The position numbers and the translations under genes are program-made. From positions 124,001 to 188,000 of the IMG/VR virus record IMGVR_UViG_3300019458_000021: a stretch of DNA of 64,000 bases; one strand, given 5' to 3'. The number at the start of each line of letters is the position of its first letter. The first letter of the stretch is position 1. The notes beneath the pieces were generated by a model, which was given only the letters and a program-made list of their open reading frames with translations, made no database searches and was not told the DNA's origin. Positions 48,007 through 57,310 of this stretch are shown here, piece after piece.

Positions 48007-49802
48007 GCAGAGACACTTTACTTAATGATCCTGACGTGATGTTGCTTTGTAAACATTCTCCACGTCAAATTGACTTTGTCTCATTGGTGCACAACTTTAC
48101 GCCTGAAAAACGGTTTAAGGTTGACCTTAGTGAGTTCCACAAAGGCTACCGATTGGTACCATTTGCAGCGGACACATATGGTGTATACGAATCTGCCAAT
48201 CATGAAACGTTCACGGAAAGCGACGGAACGTTGAACACCGTGTATGAAGGTAATACACACGAGTTGGGTTCACCGTTGATGATTGTTAAATTCAACAAAG
48301 ACGTCTATCTGAGTGCAAAGGAAAAATGGAGTCAATATTGGACGTGGAAGAGAGAACGAAACGTTGTACGAAACGCTTTGGAAGAGCAATTTGGATATGA
48401 TTGTTATACTGACGATACAGAGTTTCTTACGAACGATGGTTGGAAAAAGTTTGATGAGGTGTCAGAAACGGACACTCTCGCTACTTTCAATCCATTATCT
48501 CATAAGGTTGAATATCAAACGCCGAGAGAACGAATTGAAGGAACGTTTACCGGAAATCTGTATCATTTTACAGGCCAACACGTAGACGTATGTGTTACAC
48601 CAAATCATAAAATGTACATAAGAGAGTTTTCACGGACGCTTGACAAACATGTGAGTGATTGGTCATTTGTTGATGCAGCGTTTGTTCCGGAATGTTTTGA
48701 TACACTTCACACCATAGTACCGAAAAAAGCGCGACAGAATTTGCCCAAAGGATTCACTAAAGCAATCTTAGATTACATTCCACTGCACTCCTACTTACGA
48801 GTCTTGGGATGGTACATTAGTGACGGAAGTTGCTCCTTTCAACCGAACGGTTGCGTTTCATGTGTATCGATTTCACAATCGAAACCACAATCGCGATTGA
48901 CACAAAACCTGACTCGCCAACGTAAACTCAACAAAATAAAATGTACGGAGAAGGTATACGAGGCAAAAGGAATAGCAAACTTTCCTGAAAAGCGTTGGTT
49001 TTTCGATCAAAAACTGTCCACAATGATATACGAAGATTGTGGACATGGTAGTCATCAAAAGCGAATTCCTCAATGGTGCTTTGAGTTGACACAGCGTGAG
49101 ATGAACATACTCCTTACGTGCTTGTTGCAAGGCGACGGAACAAAAAAGAACCATCAAGAAGAAACTTATGTTTATTATACAATCAATGCAGCACTTGCTG
49201 ACGATGTACAACGATTGGCCTTTTTGTGTGGGTTTGAAACATCAAAATGGGGTCCTTATTATTCGTCAACGTTGTTTGATGATAATCTGGAAATGTACCA
49301 AGTGCATATAAACAAGAAAGCGTCTAATACAAAAAGAACTTATCGTAGTAACAATAATATTCAAACAATACCCGTTGTAAATCAAAGAATTGTTTGTTTT
49401 ATGACTTCCAACCACACTCTTGTTACACGAAGAAACGGAAAAATAGCACTCCACTCGAATTCAAAGCATGCAATGCACTTGGTTCGCTTGCTTCGCATGG
49501 GCGTGGAAGCTCTAACTGAAGGCAAGATCATCGTTCGTCGTCCAGACGCAAAAGAACTGTTGGAGATCAGAGCTGGTTCGTGGACTTATGAGCAGGTGGT
49601 GGAGTACGCTGAAAAGATGGACGTCATGGTCCGTGAACAGCTATATCCAACAACCAGCTTGCCTAAGAAGCCGAACTACAAACTTGCGGCACAGTTGACG
49701 ATTGAGGTTCAAGACATGATGTGGAACCGAACCATTCGCACAATGAGTGAAGAGGAGAAGTTTCTGATCGTTGGCAACCAACAATACAGGATCACAGACT
49801 AA
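48003..49802 (+). CDS. nucleotidyltransferase C-terminal half containing an intein
   Basis: PRQIDFVSLV, W..YW.WKRERN..R..LEEQFGYD|intein|SKHAMHLVRLLRMG.E.L..G.I.VRRPDA.ELLEIR.G. Confidence 0.85.
   Translation: MSRDTLLNDPDVMLLCKHSPRQIDFVSLVHNFTPEKRFKVDLSEFHKGYRLVPFAADTYGVYESANHETFTESDGTLNTVYEGNTHELGSPLMIVKFNKDVYLSAKEKWSQYWTWKRERNVVRNALEEQFGYDCYTDDTEFLTNDGWKKFDEVSETDTLATFNPLSHKVEYQTPRERIEGTFTGNLYHFTGQHVDVCVTPNHKMYIREFSRTLDKHVSDWSFVDAAFVPECFDTLHTIVPKKARQNLPKGFTKAILDYIPLHSYLRVLGWYISDGSCSFQPNGCVSCVSISQSKPQSRLTQNLTRQRKLNKIKCTEKVYEAKGIANFPEKRWFFDQKLSTMIYEDCGHGSHQKRIPQWCFELTQREMNILLTCLLQGDGTKKNHQEETYVYYTINAALADDVQRLAFLCGFETSKWGPYYSSTLFDDNLEMYQVHINKKASNTKRTYRSNNNIQTIPVVNQRIVCFMTSNHTLVTRRNGKIALHSNSKHAMHLVRLLRMGVEALTEGKIIVRRPDAKELLEIRAGSWTYEQVVEYAEKMDVMVREQLYPTTSLPKKPNYKLAAQLTIEVQDMMWNRTIRTMSEEEKFLIVGNQQYRITD
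48402..49460 (+). mobile_element. intein (353 aa) with LAGLIDADG-type endonuclease domain
   Basis: Begins CYTDDTEFLT..GWK; block B VTPNHKM; LGWYISDGS and LLQGDGT motifs; ends HTLVTRRNGKIALHSN before +1 Ser; removal restores GYD-SKHAMH. Confidence 0.92.
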
Positions 49803-50375
49803 ATGATCGACGAAGAACTAGAAAAAGAAATCATACAGTTACTGCAGTTGTTTGAACAGCGAGAACAATTATTCACCGTTGGCACAGGAAAAATCATCGA
49901 GAAACTCGGTCCAACTGTTCTCGCTGCACTTTACGAGTTCTTCAACGTCTCGTATGACGCAATTTCGTGGCTGTTGATCGACGTCAATGACGGCACATTG
50001 ATGATAGGTGCTGTTGTCTCGTATAAAAACACCGATTTGGTGCCGGAGGCAATCAATCGCTTGTCACCTATGACAGGTGAAGTACCAGAAGAAGGAAACC
50101 TAACCGAGGTTCAACGTCTGATGCGAATTGGTATTCCCTTGGCAATGGTGTTCCAGCCAAAAGAAGAGATTGTTCGTTTTCTCAACAGCCGCGTTGCTCA
50201 ACAAGCAACGCCAGAGGCTCCAACTCCAACTGTGTTCGTCAACAAAGCAACGGGCGAAGTGCTTGAAGCGAAACAAAAACCCGAAGAAAGCGATTTCGAC
50301 AACAGTAAGCTTTCACGTGAGCAACTCGCCTCGTTACTCCAATCTCAACATCTGATCAAGGGAACAAAACACTAA
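49803..50375 (+). CDS. hypothetical protein
   Basis: 190 aa ORF in a coupled operon. Confidence 0.7.
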   Translation: MIDEELEKEIIQLLQLFEQREQLFTVGTGKIIEKLGPTVLAALYEFFNVSYDAISWLLIDVNDGTLMIGAVVSYKNTDLVPEAINRLSPMTGEVPEEGNLTEVQRLMRIGIPLAMVFQPKEEIVRFLNSRVAQQATPEAPTPTVFVNKATGEVLEAKQKPEESDFDNSKLSREQLASLLQSQHLIKGTKH

Positions 50376-50854
50376 TGGCAGATCCAACAAACATATTCCA
50401 AAAACTCGAACCAAAAGACAGTATAGCGTTTCGCCTGCTTCTTGAACGACACGTGCAACTGGAAGAAGAGTACGACCTTGCTCGGCAGAGCTTAACATTC
50501 AAAGGTAAGACGCTAGCGCAGGCAAACAATGATCAAGCCGAATGGCCGATCTACGTTGACGAACGACTTTCCGAACTTAAAACAATCTGTAAACGACTAG
50601 AAACCGTTGTGGATATGGTTCGGGGAAACATTGTTCGGCAGCTCAAGGGTGGCAGTGGGCTTGATTTAGGTCGCGACCTCACTCGCTACGTTGACCGTGA
50701 CGACAAGTTCCTTGATGCTCAGGAACGATTCCTGATGTTTGACGAACTCCGTGAAAAGTATGCAGCACTTTCCGAAGCATGGACCACAAGGGGGTATGCT
50801 TTGAAGAACAGAGTGGACATGTTGGTACATCAGGTAAAAGACAACCTGTTATAA
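50375..50854 (+). CDS. recombination mediator (UvsY-like)
   Basis: Helical 159 aa protein with YVDRDD, directly upstream of UvsW. Confidence 0.65.
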   Translation: MADPTNIFQKLEPKDSIAFRLLLERHVQLEEEYDLARQSLTFKGKTLAQANNDQAEWPIYVDERLSELKTICKRLETVVDMVRGNIVRQLKGGSGLDLGRDLTRYVDRDDKFLDAQERFLMFDELREKYAALSEAWTTRGYALKNRVDMLVHQVKDNLL

Positions 50855-50856
50855 AC

Positions 50857-52374
50857 ATGCAAATACGAATAAGGATACTGAATGAAGTATACGTTGTTGT
50901 TCTGGATCTTCTACCAGAGCACGTCGATTACTTCTACGAAAAATACGCTGTTCATGCGCCGAACTACTTCTTCAATCCGCGCTACAAACTAGGCCAGTGG
51001 GACGGTAAGATTCGCTTCTTTCACAAGACGGGCAAGACATACTTGTACCTGTTGGAAGACCTCTTGCCGCGTATCGTCAATCTTGGCTACAAGGTCGTCT
51101 TAGAAGACCTGCGTGACAACGTTCTGGTTGCAGCCGACGAAATCGATGCTGACTTGTTTAACGCCGTAAAGCATCCTGACACAGGTGAAGCTACGGTACT
51201 TCGCGAACATCAGGTTGCAGCTGTAAATTCACTTATCCGAGAAGGTTTTGGTACAGTGATAGCATCAACCGGATCTGGCAAAACTCTAATGTGTGCTGCG
51301 TTGTGTTATCAGTATGATAAGTTTGGATTGAAGTCGTTAACAATCGTTCCAAACAAGGACTTGATTCGTCAAACACGCCAAACATACATTCATTACGGAC
51401 TCGACACAGGCGAATATAGCGGCGAACGAAAGACACTTGGACATCAACACGTTGTTTCAACGTGGCAAGCACTTAAGAATGCACCGGAAGTGATCACGAT
51501 GTTCAACATTGTCATCGTCGATGAGGCGCATGGTTTGAAAGGCAATGTCCTGTCAACAATCCTGACCGACCATGCTGCAAAGGTCCCGTATCGCTTTGGT
51601 TTCACTGGTACGCTGCCAAAGGACAAATCTGATGCTTGGGCTGTTCATGTGGCCGTTGGTCCAGTCCGCTACCAAGTTCCAGCTTTTGAACTGATCGAGA
51701 AGGGACTTCTTGCCAAGATCAATATTGATGTGGTCCAACTGACTGAAGATCTGACTGAAGAGTACGACCAATTCATTGCCGACACACCAAACATTCCCAA
51801 TAATGAGCAGCCGACGTATGCAGAGTTCAAAGAAGGCTACTTTCCAGACTTTACAGCTGAGAAGTCATACTTGCAACACAAGGAAGACCGGATCACATAT
51901 CTTGCGCAGTATATTGAAGCAAAGCGGGATGCAAAAAGGGGAAACGTTCTCTGTCTCATAGACAACATTGCATTTGGTCGAAAACTCGCTGCAGAAATCA
52001 ATGGAGCTATTTTCGTCAATGGTAAGGATGTTAGATCAACGAAGGAACGAAAACAGATCTATGACTTGTTTGCTTCTCACGACGATCTTGTCGTGATTGC
52101 TACGGTCCACATTGCAGGAACTGGCATTGACATTCACCGCATCTTCAACCTAATGTTAATCGATATTGGAAAATCATTCATTCGAGTGATCCAAGCAATT
52201 GGTCGAGGACTGCGCATGGCAGAAGACAAGGATAGCGTTCACATCTCTGATTTGACGAGCGATTTAAAGTACAGTCGCAAACATATGCGAGAGCGAATAA
52301 AGTTCTACAAAGAAGCTCAATACCCTCATAAGCTACACAAAATCAACTACTCGAAGCTTGTCCTCGAGGACTAA
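50857..52374 (+). CDS. uvsW: SF2 DNA helicase
   Basis: FFNPRYKLGQWDGKI, LREHQ, STGSGKT, VDEAH, GFTGT, QAIGRGLR; ATG 50857. Confidence 0.92.
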   Translation: MQIRIRILNEVYVVVLDLLPEHVDYFYEKYAVHAPNYFFNPRYKLGQWDGKIRFFHKTGKTYLYLLEDLLPRIVNLGYKVVLEDLRDNVLVAADEIDADLFNAVKHPDTGEATVLREHQVAAVNSLIREGFGTVIASTGSGKTLMCAALCYQYDKFGLKSLTIVPNKDLIRQTRQTYIHYGLDTGEYSGERKTLGHQHVVSTWQALKNAPEVITMFNIVIVDEAHGLKGNVLSTILTDHAAKVPYRFGFTGTLPKDKSDAWAVHVAVGPVRYQVPAFELIEKGLLAKINIDVVQLTEDLTEEYDQFIADTPNIPNNEQPTYAEFKEGYFPDFTAEKSYLQHKEDRITYLAQYIEAKRDAKRGNVLCLIDNIAFGRKLAAEINGAIFVNGKDVRSTKERKQIYDLFASHDDLVVIATVHIAGTGIDIHRIFNLMLIDIGKSFIRVIQAIGRGLRMAEDKDSVHISDLTSDLKYSRKHMRERIKFYKEAQYPHKLHKINYSKLVLED

Positions 52375-52386
52375 CGTCGCTATAAT
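52358..52386 (+). promoter_or_regulatory. sigma70-like promoter
   Basis: TTGTCC-17 nt-TATAAT. Confidence 0.5.
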
Positions 52387-52392
52387 AGAACG

Positions 52393-52884
52393 ATGCTGAT
52401 TTTTGACACTGAAAACAAGCCTGTCCTTTTAGACAGCATTTACACCCCGACGTTGACTGATCATATGTGGGTTCTTGATTTGAACCTCATGGACTTTACA
52501 ATGTCTCCCTTGCTTGTCCTTGAGGAGATTGTGTGTCCGGTAATTGTTGTCGCGGTTAGAGGCTTCGAGTTTCCTCTGCCAGCAAATTGGAACATTCTCG
52601 TGTACGACACAGACACATCACAGCTTGATGTGATTGAGGTTGCAGAGGCTGCTGGACGTGAGTTCACTGCACTGGTGTATGGACCGAACAAGGCGAATTT
52701 CGGTGCGGGAATTGTCTCAGTGACAAACTACTTCGCTGAGTTCCGTATTGTTGCCCCCTCATTAAACAAACATCAAATGTTGTGTCATCCAATTGGACCA
52801 GACGAATGGGTAACGGTCTCTCCATCTGACGGGTACAACAAGTATTTGAAGGGTCGGATCGTTGGTGACCTAATAGGATATTGA
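52393..52884 (+). CDS. conserved jumbo-phage hypothetical protein
   Basis: 163 aa; MLIFD, WVLDL..DF, PANWNILV, KHQMLCHPI. Confidence 0.7.
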   Translation: MLIFDTENKPVLLDSIYTPTLTDHMWVLDLNLMDFTMSPLLVLEEIVCPVIVVAVRGFEFPLPANWNILVYDTDTSQLDVIEVAEAAGREFTALVYGPNKANFGAGIVSVTNYFAEFRIVAPSLNKHQMLCHPIGPDEWVTVSPSDGYNKYLKGRIVGDLIGY

Positions 52885-52948
52885 ACAATTTGAGTGGTAT
52901 ATCTGTCAAAAATTGTTGTAAATAACAGCTTAGGTGAACTAATAGGAT

Positions 52949-53350
52949 ATGAACATGGCAGAGAAAAAAGAAAAGAAACTCACAGTCAAAGAGTTCAAAT
53001 ACTGGCTTGAAGGTGTCGAAGAAATGCAAGATGAAGGCTGGTATCCCGATCCGCGCCAATGGAAACGCATTCGCGAAAAGATAGGACTGCTTGACGAGGC
53101 CGCCTCAATGATGACTGAAGTTCAGGCTGCTGGACTTACGTCAATTGCCCCTGGTATAATGGCATTTCCTCCAAATGTGAATCCAAACAATCCGTTGGAA
53201 CGAATGAACATTGATCCAGCTAACTTTCCACAACCGACTGCTCGTCCACCAGGCAATGGCCCGTTCTTAAACGATGACACATCCAAACCAGCCAAGACCC
53301 CAAACATCGACACCGGACCGGGTAAGCCTTACGCAAGCTCATTTACATAG
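52949..53350 (+). CDS. hypothetical protein
   Basis: EFKYWLEGVEEMQ..WYPDPRQWKRIREKI; Pro-rich tail. Confidence 0.7.
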   Translation: MNMAEKKEKKLTVKEFKYWLEGVEEMQDEGWYPDPRQWKRIREKIGLLDEAASMMTEVQAAGLTSIAPGIMAFPPNVNPNNPLERMNIDPANFPQPTARPPGNGPFLNDDTSKPAKTPNIDTGPGKPYASSFT

Positions 53351-53873
53351 TACAACGCTGAAAGACCGCACCCTTTGGTTTGATGGTGATTCGTCGTTCA
53401 ACTCAGATACGTTGTACGACGCCGTTCAGAAGTATGACGTAAAGTTTGTCGATTGGATCTCACCTCTCGTTGCCCAATACAATCGTCAAGTTCAGACCGA
53501 TCAAGAACTCACTGTCAAAACACGATGCAAGCCTTTAACGTTTGACTGGACGATTCCTGAGAAGTACGCTAAACTTGACATTGTGCAGCATATCGCCGAC
53601 AAGCATTGGGCTGTCTTGCGGACGTGCCCGGAACAGGAGTGGGAAGATCGCGAACTTCGCCTCGTTTCAGAGCTACGGAACTATCAGAAGCGGAATTTGT
53701 ACGGCGTTTTACGCGTAATCATTTTCGTCATAAATACCTTAACCGACAATGATATAGTGTGGGGTGTCGGCCGTGGCAGCAGCGTGTCGTCTTATGTCTT
53801 GTATGTGATAGGTGTTCACGACGTGGATAGCTTTGCATATGATCTCGACGTCGACGACTTCCTGCACGATTAG
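53274..53873 (+). CDS. DNA polymerase III alpha (DnaE)-like fragment
   Basis: WGVGRGSSVSSYVLYVIGVHDVD..YDL motif; start uncertain. Confidence 0.8.
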   Translation: MTHPNQPRPQTSTPDRVSLTQAHLHSTTLKDRTLWFDGDSSFNSDTLYDAVQKYDVKFVDWISPLVAQYNRQVQTDQELTVKTRCKPLTFDWTIPEKYAKLDIVQHIADKHWAVLRTCPEQEWEDRELRLVSELRNYQKRNLYGVLRVIIFVINTLTDNDIVWGVGRGSSVSSYVLYVIGVHDVDSFAYDLDVDDFLHD

Positions 53874-53882
53874 GAGAGGGTT

Positions 53883-54143
53883 ATGCGAAAAGGAGTGCGT
53901 AGTGCGCGCGGCGTTGAAGTCAACTTCGACCTGCTCAAAATCAAACAACAGATTGCTTCTGCTCCGAAAACAACGGAAGTGAAAGCGCGCGAGAGCTTTA
54001 TTGATCAGAAGTTCAAGCGCCGGCTTAAGAGGGTACAGGCACAAGTGACGGATAATACAATTCCGCCACCAGGACCACAAGTATTTCCTGAAGTCGTCGT
54101 CGAGAAAAAGTTACCGGAGTCAGACGAACCAAAAGAACAATAA
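53883..54143 (+). CDS. hypothetical protein
   Basis: VRSARGVEVNFDLLKIKQQI; GGAGAGG SD. Confidence 0.65.
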   Translation: MRKGVRSARGVEVNFDLLKIKQQIASAPKTTEVKARESFIDQKFKRRLKRVQAQVTDNTIPPPGPQVFPEVVVEKKLPESDEPKEQ

Positions 54144-54158
54144 TACGGAGTGCATATT

Positions 54159-54752
54159 ATGAAACTTAGACCCATACAAAACCATATCATCTTTCGCTTT
54201 CTTGAAACCGTTGATTCAAAAGGATATTTCACTAAAAAGCTCGACTGGGGATTTGAAGTACAAGGACATGCTGACGATAGTGCAAAATCTCCTCGTTGGG
54301 TGAAAGTCCTTGATGTAGGACCAGATTGTAAAGGCGTAAAGCCAGGTGATGATATTCTTGTTAAGCCATTGATGTGGTCGTTGCGATTCAAGGTCGACGG
54401 CGAACAACTATGGCGAACCGATGAAAGCAAGATCATTGCCGCAGATACGATAACAACGGACGAAGCAGGAAACATCAAACACGACTTTCGTGCTTTCGGT
54501 AAGAGTGTAATTTTCCATCGCATGGACGTTCAGAAAAACGTCACCGAATCTGGTCTCCATGTCGAAGGCAAAATAAACGATGATACGGCATACGGACAAG
54601 TTGTTGACCTTGGCCCGGATGCGGTTTCCGAGCTCAAAAACGCAAAAGTATACTTCCTGGACCAGAACTTCTTTGGTTACTTCGAGTACAGAGGCGTTAA
54701 GTTCTGCTATATCGAAGAAAACGAGATTCTGGCATACGAACCTAAGGAGTAA
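54159..54752 (+). CDS. co-chaperonin with two tandem GroES-like domains
   Basis: Domain 1: MKLRPIQNHII..VLDVGPDC..VKPGD..DESKIIA; domain 2: FRAFGKSVIF..TESGLHV..VVDLGPDA..EENEILA. Confidence 0.75.
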   Translation: MKLRPIQNHIIFRFLETVDSKGYFTKKLDWGFEVQGHADDSAKSPRWVKVLDVGPDCKGVKPGDDILVKPLMWSLRFKVDGEQLWRTDESKIIAADTITTDEAGNIKHDFRAFGKSVIFHRMDVQKNVTESGLHVEGKINDDTAYGQVVDLGPDAVSELKNAKVYFLDQNFFGYFEYRGVKFCYIEENEILAYEPKE

Positions 54753-54754
54753 CA

Positions 54755-55963
54755 ATGCTGTTCATTGCCATGTTGATTGCTACAACAATAGCAATCGCAG
54801 GATCTGCTGCTTACTTTAGCGTGTATGGTCTTGCGTATACGTTCAGTGGGATGTTCTGGTATGTTGTTGTTATGGGAGCATCTCTTGAAGCTGGTAAACT
54901 GATGTCCGCTTCGTATCTTTACCGATACTGGTCAAAGATGGGTGGGTGGACGTGGCTTCGATACTACATGATTGCTGGTATTCTGGCGTTGATGTTTCTG
55001 ACGTCTGCTGGCATTTTCGGCTTCTTGTCATCTGGTTATCAGGCAGATGTCCTTCCGTTGAAACAGAAAGAAGCACAAGTCAAGCTTCTTGAGGACGAAA
55101 AGGTCCGTAAGCTTGCTCGGAAACAACAAATAGACGACCTGATCGCCCGATCTCCAATAGTGCAAAATCTTGAGCGTAACGGCGAGATCGACCGTCGCGC
55201 AATGCTTGTGTTGCGCGAAAGCACACGCGCACGAGACAGTTTGACCCGACAGTATAAGGCAGAACAGACCGAAGTCACGAAGCGACTGAATGAACTCGAC
55301 AAAGAGATCCTTGCGCTTCAACAAGAAATCATCAAGACAGAAGCACATATTGGTCCGATTACCTACATCGCGAAGGCGTTTGGTTATGAAACGGATCAAG
55401 CAACAAAGTACCTGATCTTCATAATCATCTTTGCGTTCGACCCAATGGCAATCGCTTTGACGCTCGGCGTGAACATCGCTTTGCGAGTCCGTAATAACGA
55501 ACGGCGACCAATGCCAGAGATCAAACCTCGCGAATCGATGCTGCCTGAACCAAAACACACACCACCAATGCCAGAGATCAAACAGCATCCAAAGCAGGAG
55601 ATTGACCCTCGTGAATTCATTGGAGAACTGTTGCCCGAACCAAAACACACACCACCAATGCCAGAGATCGAACAGCCTCACGCTGTTCGAGCAGAAATTC
55701 TTCCGGTAAAGATTCCAATTTCAGAGCCTGTTGTTGAGAAAAAACCTGAACAGCCTGTTGAAAAACGCATTCGTCCACGATACATTGACGAACTGGCCGC
55801 AAGTAGTGGTGCGATCAACCCCGATGCGCTATACGAATTGATCAGCTACTATCGTGAACTAAAGGCGAAGCCTCATCCTTTAACGGGTCAAGACCTTGTT
55901 GACAAGCACGCAATCGAGAACATTCTTCGTAGTCATGGATTGATGTTATACTTCAACGAGTAG
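54755..55963 (+). CDS. membrane protein with coiled coil and Pro-rich repeats
   Basis: Three N-terminal hydrophobic segments (SLEAGK), coiled coil, IIIFAFDPMAIAL. Confidence 0.75.
   Translation: MLFIAMLIATTIAIAGSAAYFSVYGLAYTFSGMFWYVVVMGASLEAGKLMSASYLYRYWSKMGGWTWLRYYMIAGILALMFLTSAGIFGFLSSGYQADVLPLKQKEAQVKLLEDEKVRKLARKQQIDDLIARSPIVQNLERNGEIDRRAMLVLRESTRARDSLTRQYKAEQTEVTKRLNELDKEILALQQEIIKTEAHIGPITYIAKAFGYETDQATKYLIFIIIFAFDPMAIALTLGVNIALRVRNNERRPMPEIKPRESMLPEPKHTPPMPEIKQHPKQEIDPREFIGELLPEPKHTPPMPEIEQPHAVRAEILPVKIPISEPVVEKKPEQPVEKRIRPRYIDELAASSGAINPDALYELISYYRELKAKPHPLTGQDLVDKHAIENILRSHGLMLYFNE
55508..55679 (+). repeat. 90-nt-period direct repeat within CDS
   Basis: GAACCAAAACACACACCACCAATGCCAGAGATC at about 55547 and 55637, plus a partial copy at 55508; encodes PEPKHTPPMPEI. 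Confidence 0.85.
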
Positions 55964-55991
55964 TTGATTTGTTCCTTGTAGTCGGTATAAT
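55964..55991 (+). promoter_or_regulatory. sigma70-like promoter
   Basis: TTGATT-16 nt-TATAAT, then AAGGAG SD. Confidence 0.5.
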
Positions 55992-56015
55992 AGTACGATA
56001 CCAAGGAGCATCCTA

Positions 56016-56945
56016 ATGCAAGATAAGCATAAGCTTTGGGTCGAAAAATACAGACCCTCTGCAATAGAAGACTACATTTTTCACGACGGACATCAACGGG
56101 CCTCATTCGAGGTGATGATTGCAAATAAAACGATCCCACACCTACTTTTGTCTGGTGTTCAAGGATCTGGTAAGACAACAATCGCTCGAATCCTTATCAG
56201 TGCAATGGAACTTGACAACAGTGATGTGCTGAAGATCAACGCTTCACGAGAAAACACCGTTGAAGTGGTTCGTGAGAAGATTCAAAGCTTCGTTTCCACG
56301 TTCGCAATGAGTGACTTCAAGGTTGTGTACCTCGAAGAAGCGGACTACATCACGTTGAACGGTCAAGCCGTAATGCGCAATATCATGGAACAGTATTCGA
56401 ATCACGTCCGGTTCCTACTAACTTGTAACTACGCCCATCGAATCATGCCCGCTATCGTGTCGCGATGCCAACACTTCCATTTCAAAGCTCCGCCAAAAGC
56501 AGAAGTAGCAAGCTACTGCTATGAAATTCTTGGCCGGGAACGAATCAACTTCTCCGATGCGACGTTGATCAAATACATAACGCACGGCTATCCGGACATT
56601 CGCAAGATCGTCAATTCGTTACAACAGAATTCGAGTACTGGTGAGCTTCTTGATCCAAAGCTAGAAGGCGCTGCCGGTGATTGGAAGTTCCAACTGATCG
56701 ACATGATTGAACAGAATAAGTGGAATGAAGCTAGGAAACTGGTGTGTGCGAGTGTTGATGGAGAAGAGTGGGTCGAATTGTACAGATTCCTCTACGAGAA
56801 TCTACGTCGAGGCCTCAAGTTTCAAGACACTGCAAAGTGGGAGGAAGGAATTCTCACGATTGCAAAACATCTATACCAGCATGGTGTTGTTGCTGATCCC
56901 GAGATCAATGCAGCTGCCATGTTTATCAGCTTAGGACAACTATAA
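56016..56945 (+). CDS. sliding-clamp loader AAA+ subunit (T4 gp44/RFC-like)
   Basis: LWVEKYRP, GVQGSGKTT, LEEAD, RFLLTCN, SRC, DIRK. Confidence 0.93.
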   Translation: MQDKHKLWVEKYRPSAIEDYIFHDGHQRASFEVMIANKTIPHLLLSGVQGSGKTTIARILISAMELDNSDVLKINASRENTVEVVREKIQSFVSTFAMSDFKVVYLEEADYITLNGQAVMRNIMEQYSNHVRFLLTCNYAHRIMPAIVSRCQHFHFKAPPKAEVASYCYEILGRERINFSDATLIKYITHGYPDIRKIVNSLQQNSSTGELLDPKLEGAAGDWKFQLIDMIEQNKWNEARKLVCASVDGEEWVELYRFLYENLRRGLKFQDTAKWEEGILTIAKHLYQHGVVADPEINAAAMFISLGQL

Positions 56946-57310
56946 TGGCTCGTAGAAAGAAACCAGACGCAGAGACGCCTGAACAGGCGAGACAACGAAG
57001 AATTTTCGAGACGATTTGTGACCATGCAACGCGTGGTGAAAAGGTATCGTGGAATCGATTGATGGACAACATGGTGTCTTTGCTTGCAAAGTTAAAACCG
57101 ATTGAAGACAAAATCGTCGCGCTGCAGTCACAGAAACTTCCGATCATTGACGAAGTTGCGAATCTTCGCCGACGAATGGTAATGGACTGTGTTCATCCGT
57201 ATGAACAACTAGTGCTTACTGCTGAACACGTTGAGTGCAAATTCTGCATGAGGCGCTTTCGCGTGCCAAATATGCACGACGATAGCGTGTTGAGTCAGGA
57301 TTCCCAATGA
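56945..57310 (+). CDS. hypothetical protein with coiled coil and CxH..CxxC
   Basis: 121 aa, coupled start. Confidence 0.65.
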   Translation: MARRKKPDAETPEQARQRRIFETICDHATRGEKVSWNRLMDNMVSLLAKLKPIEDKIVALQSQKLPIIDEVANLRRRMVMDCVHPYEQLVLTAEHVECKFCMRRFRVPNMHDDSVLSQDSQ

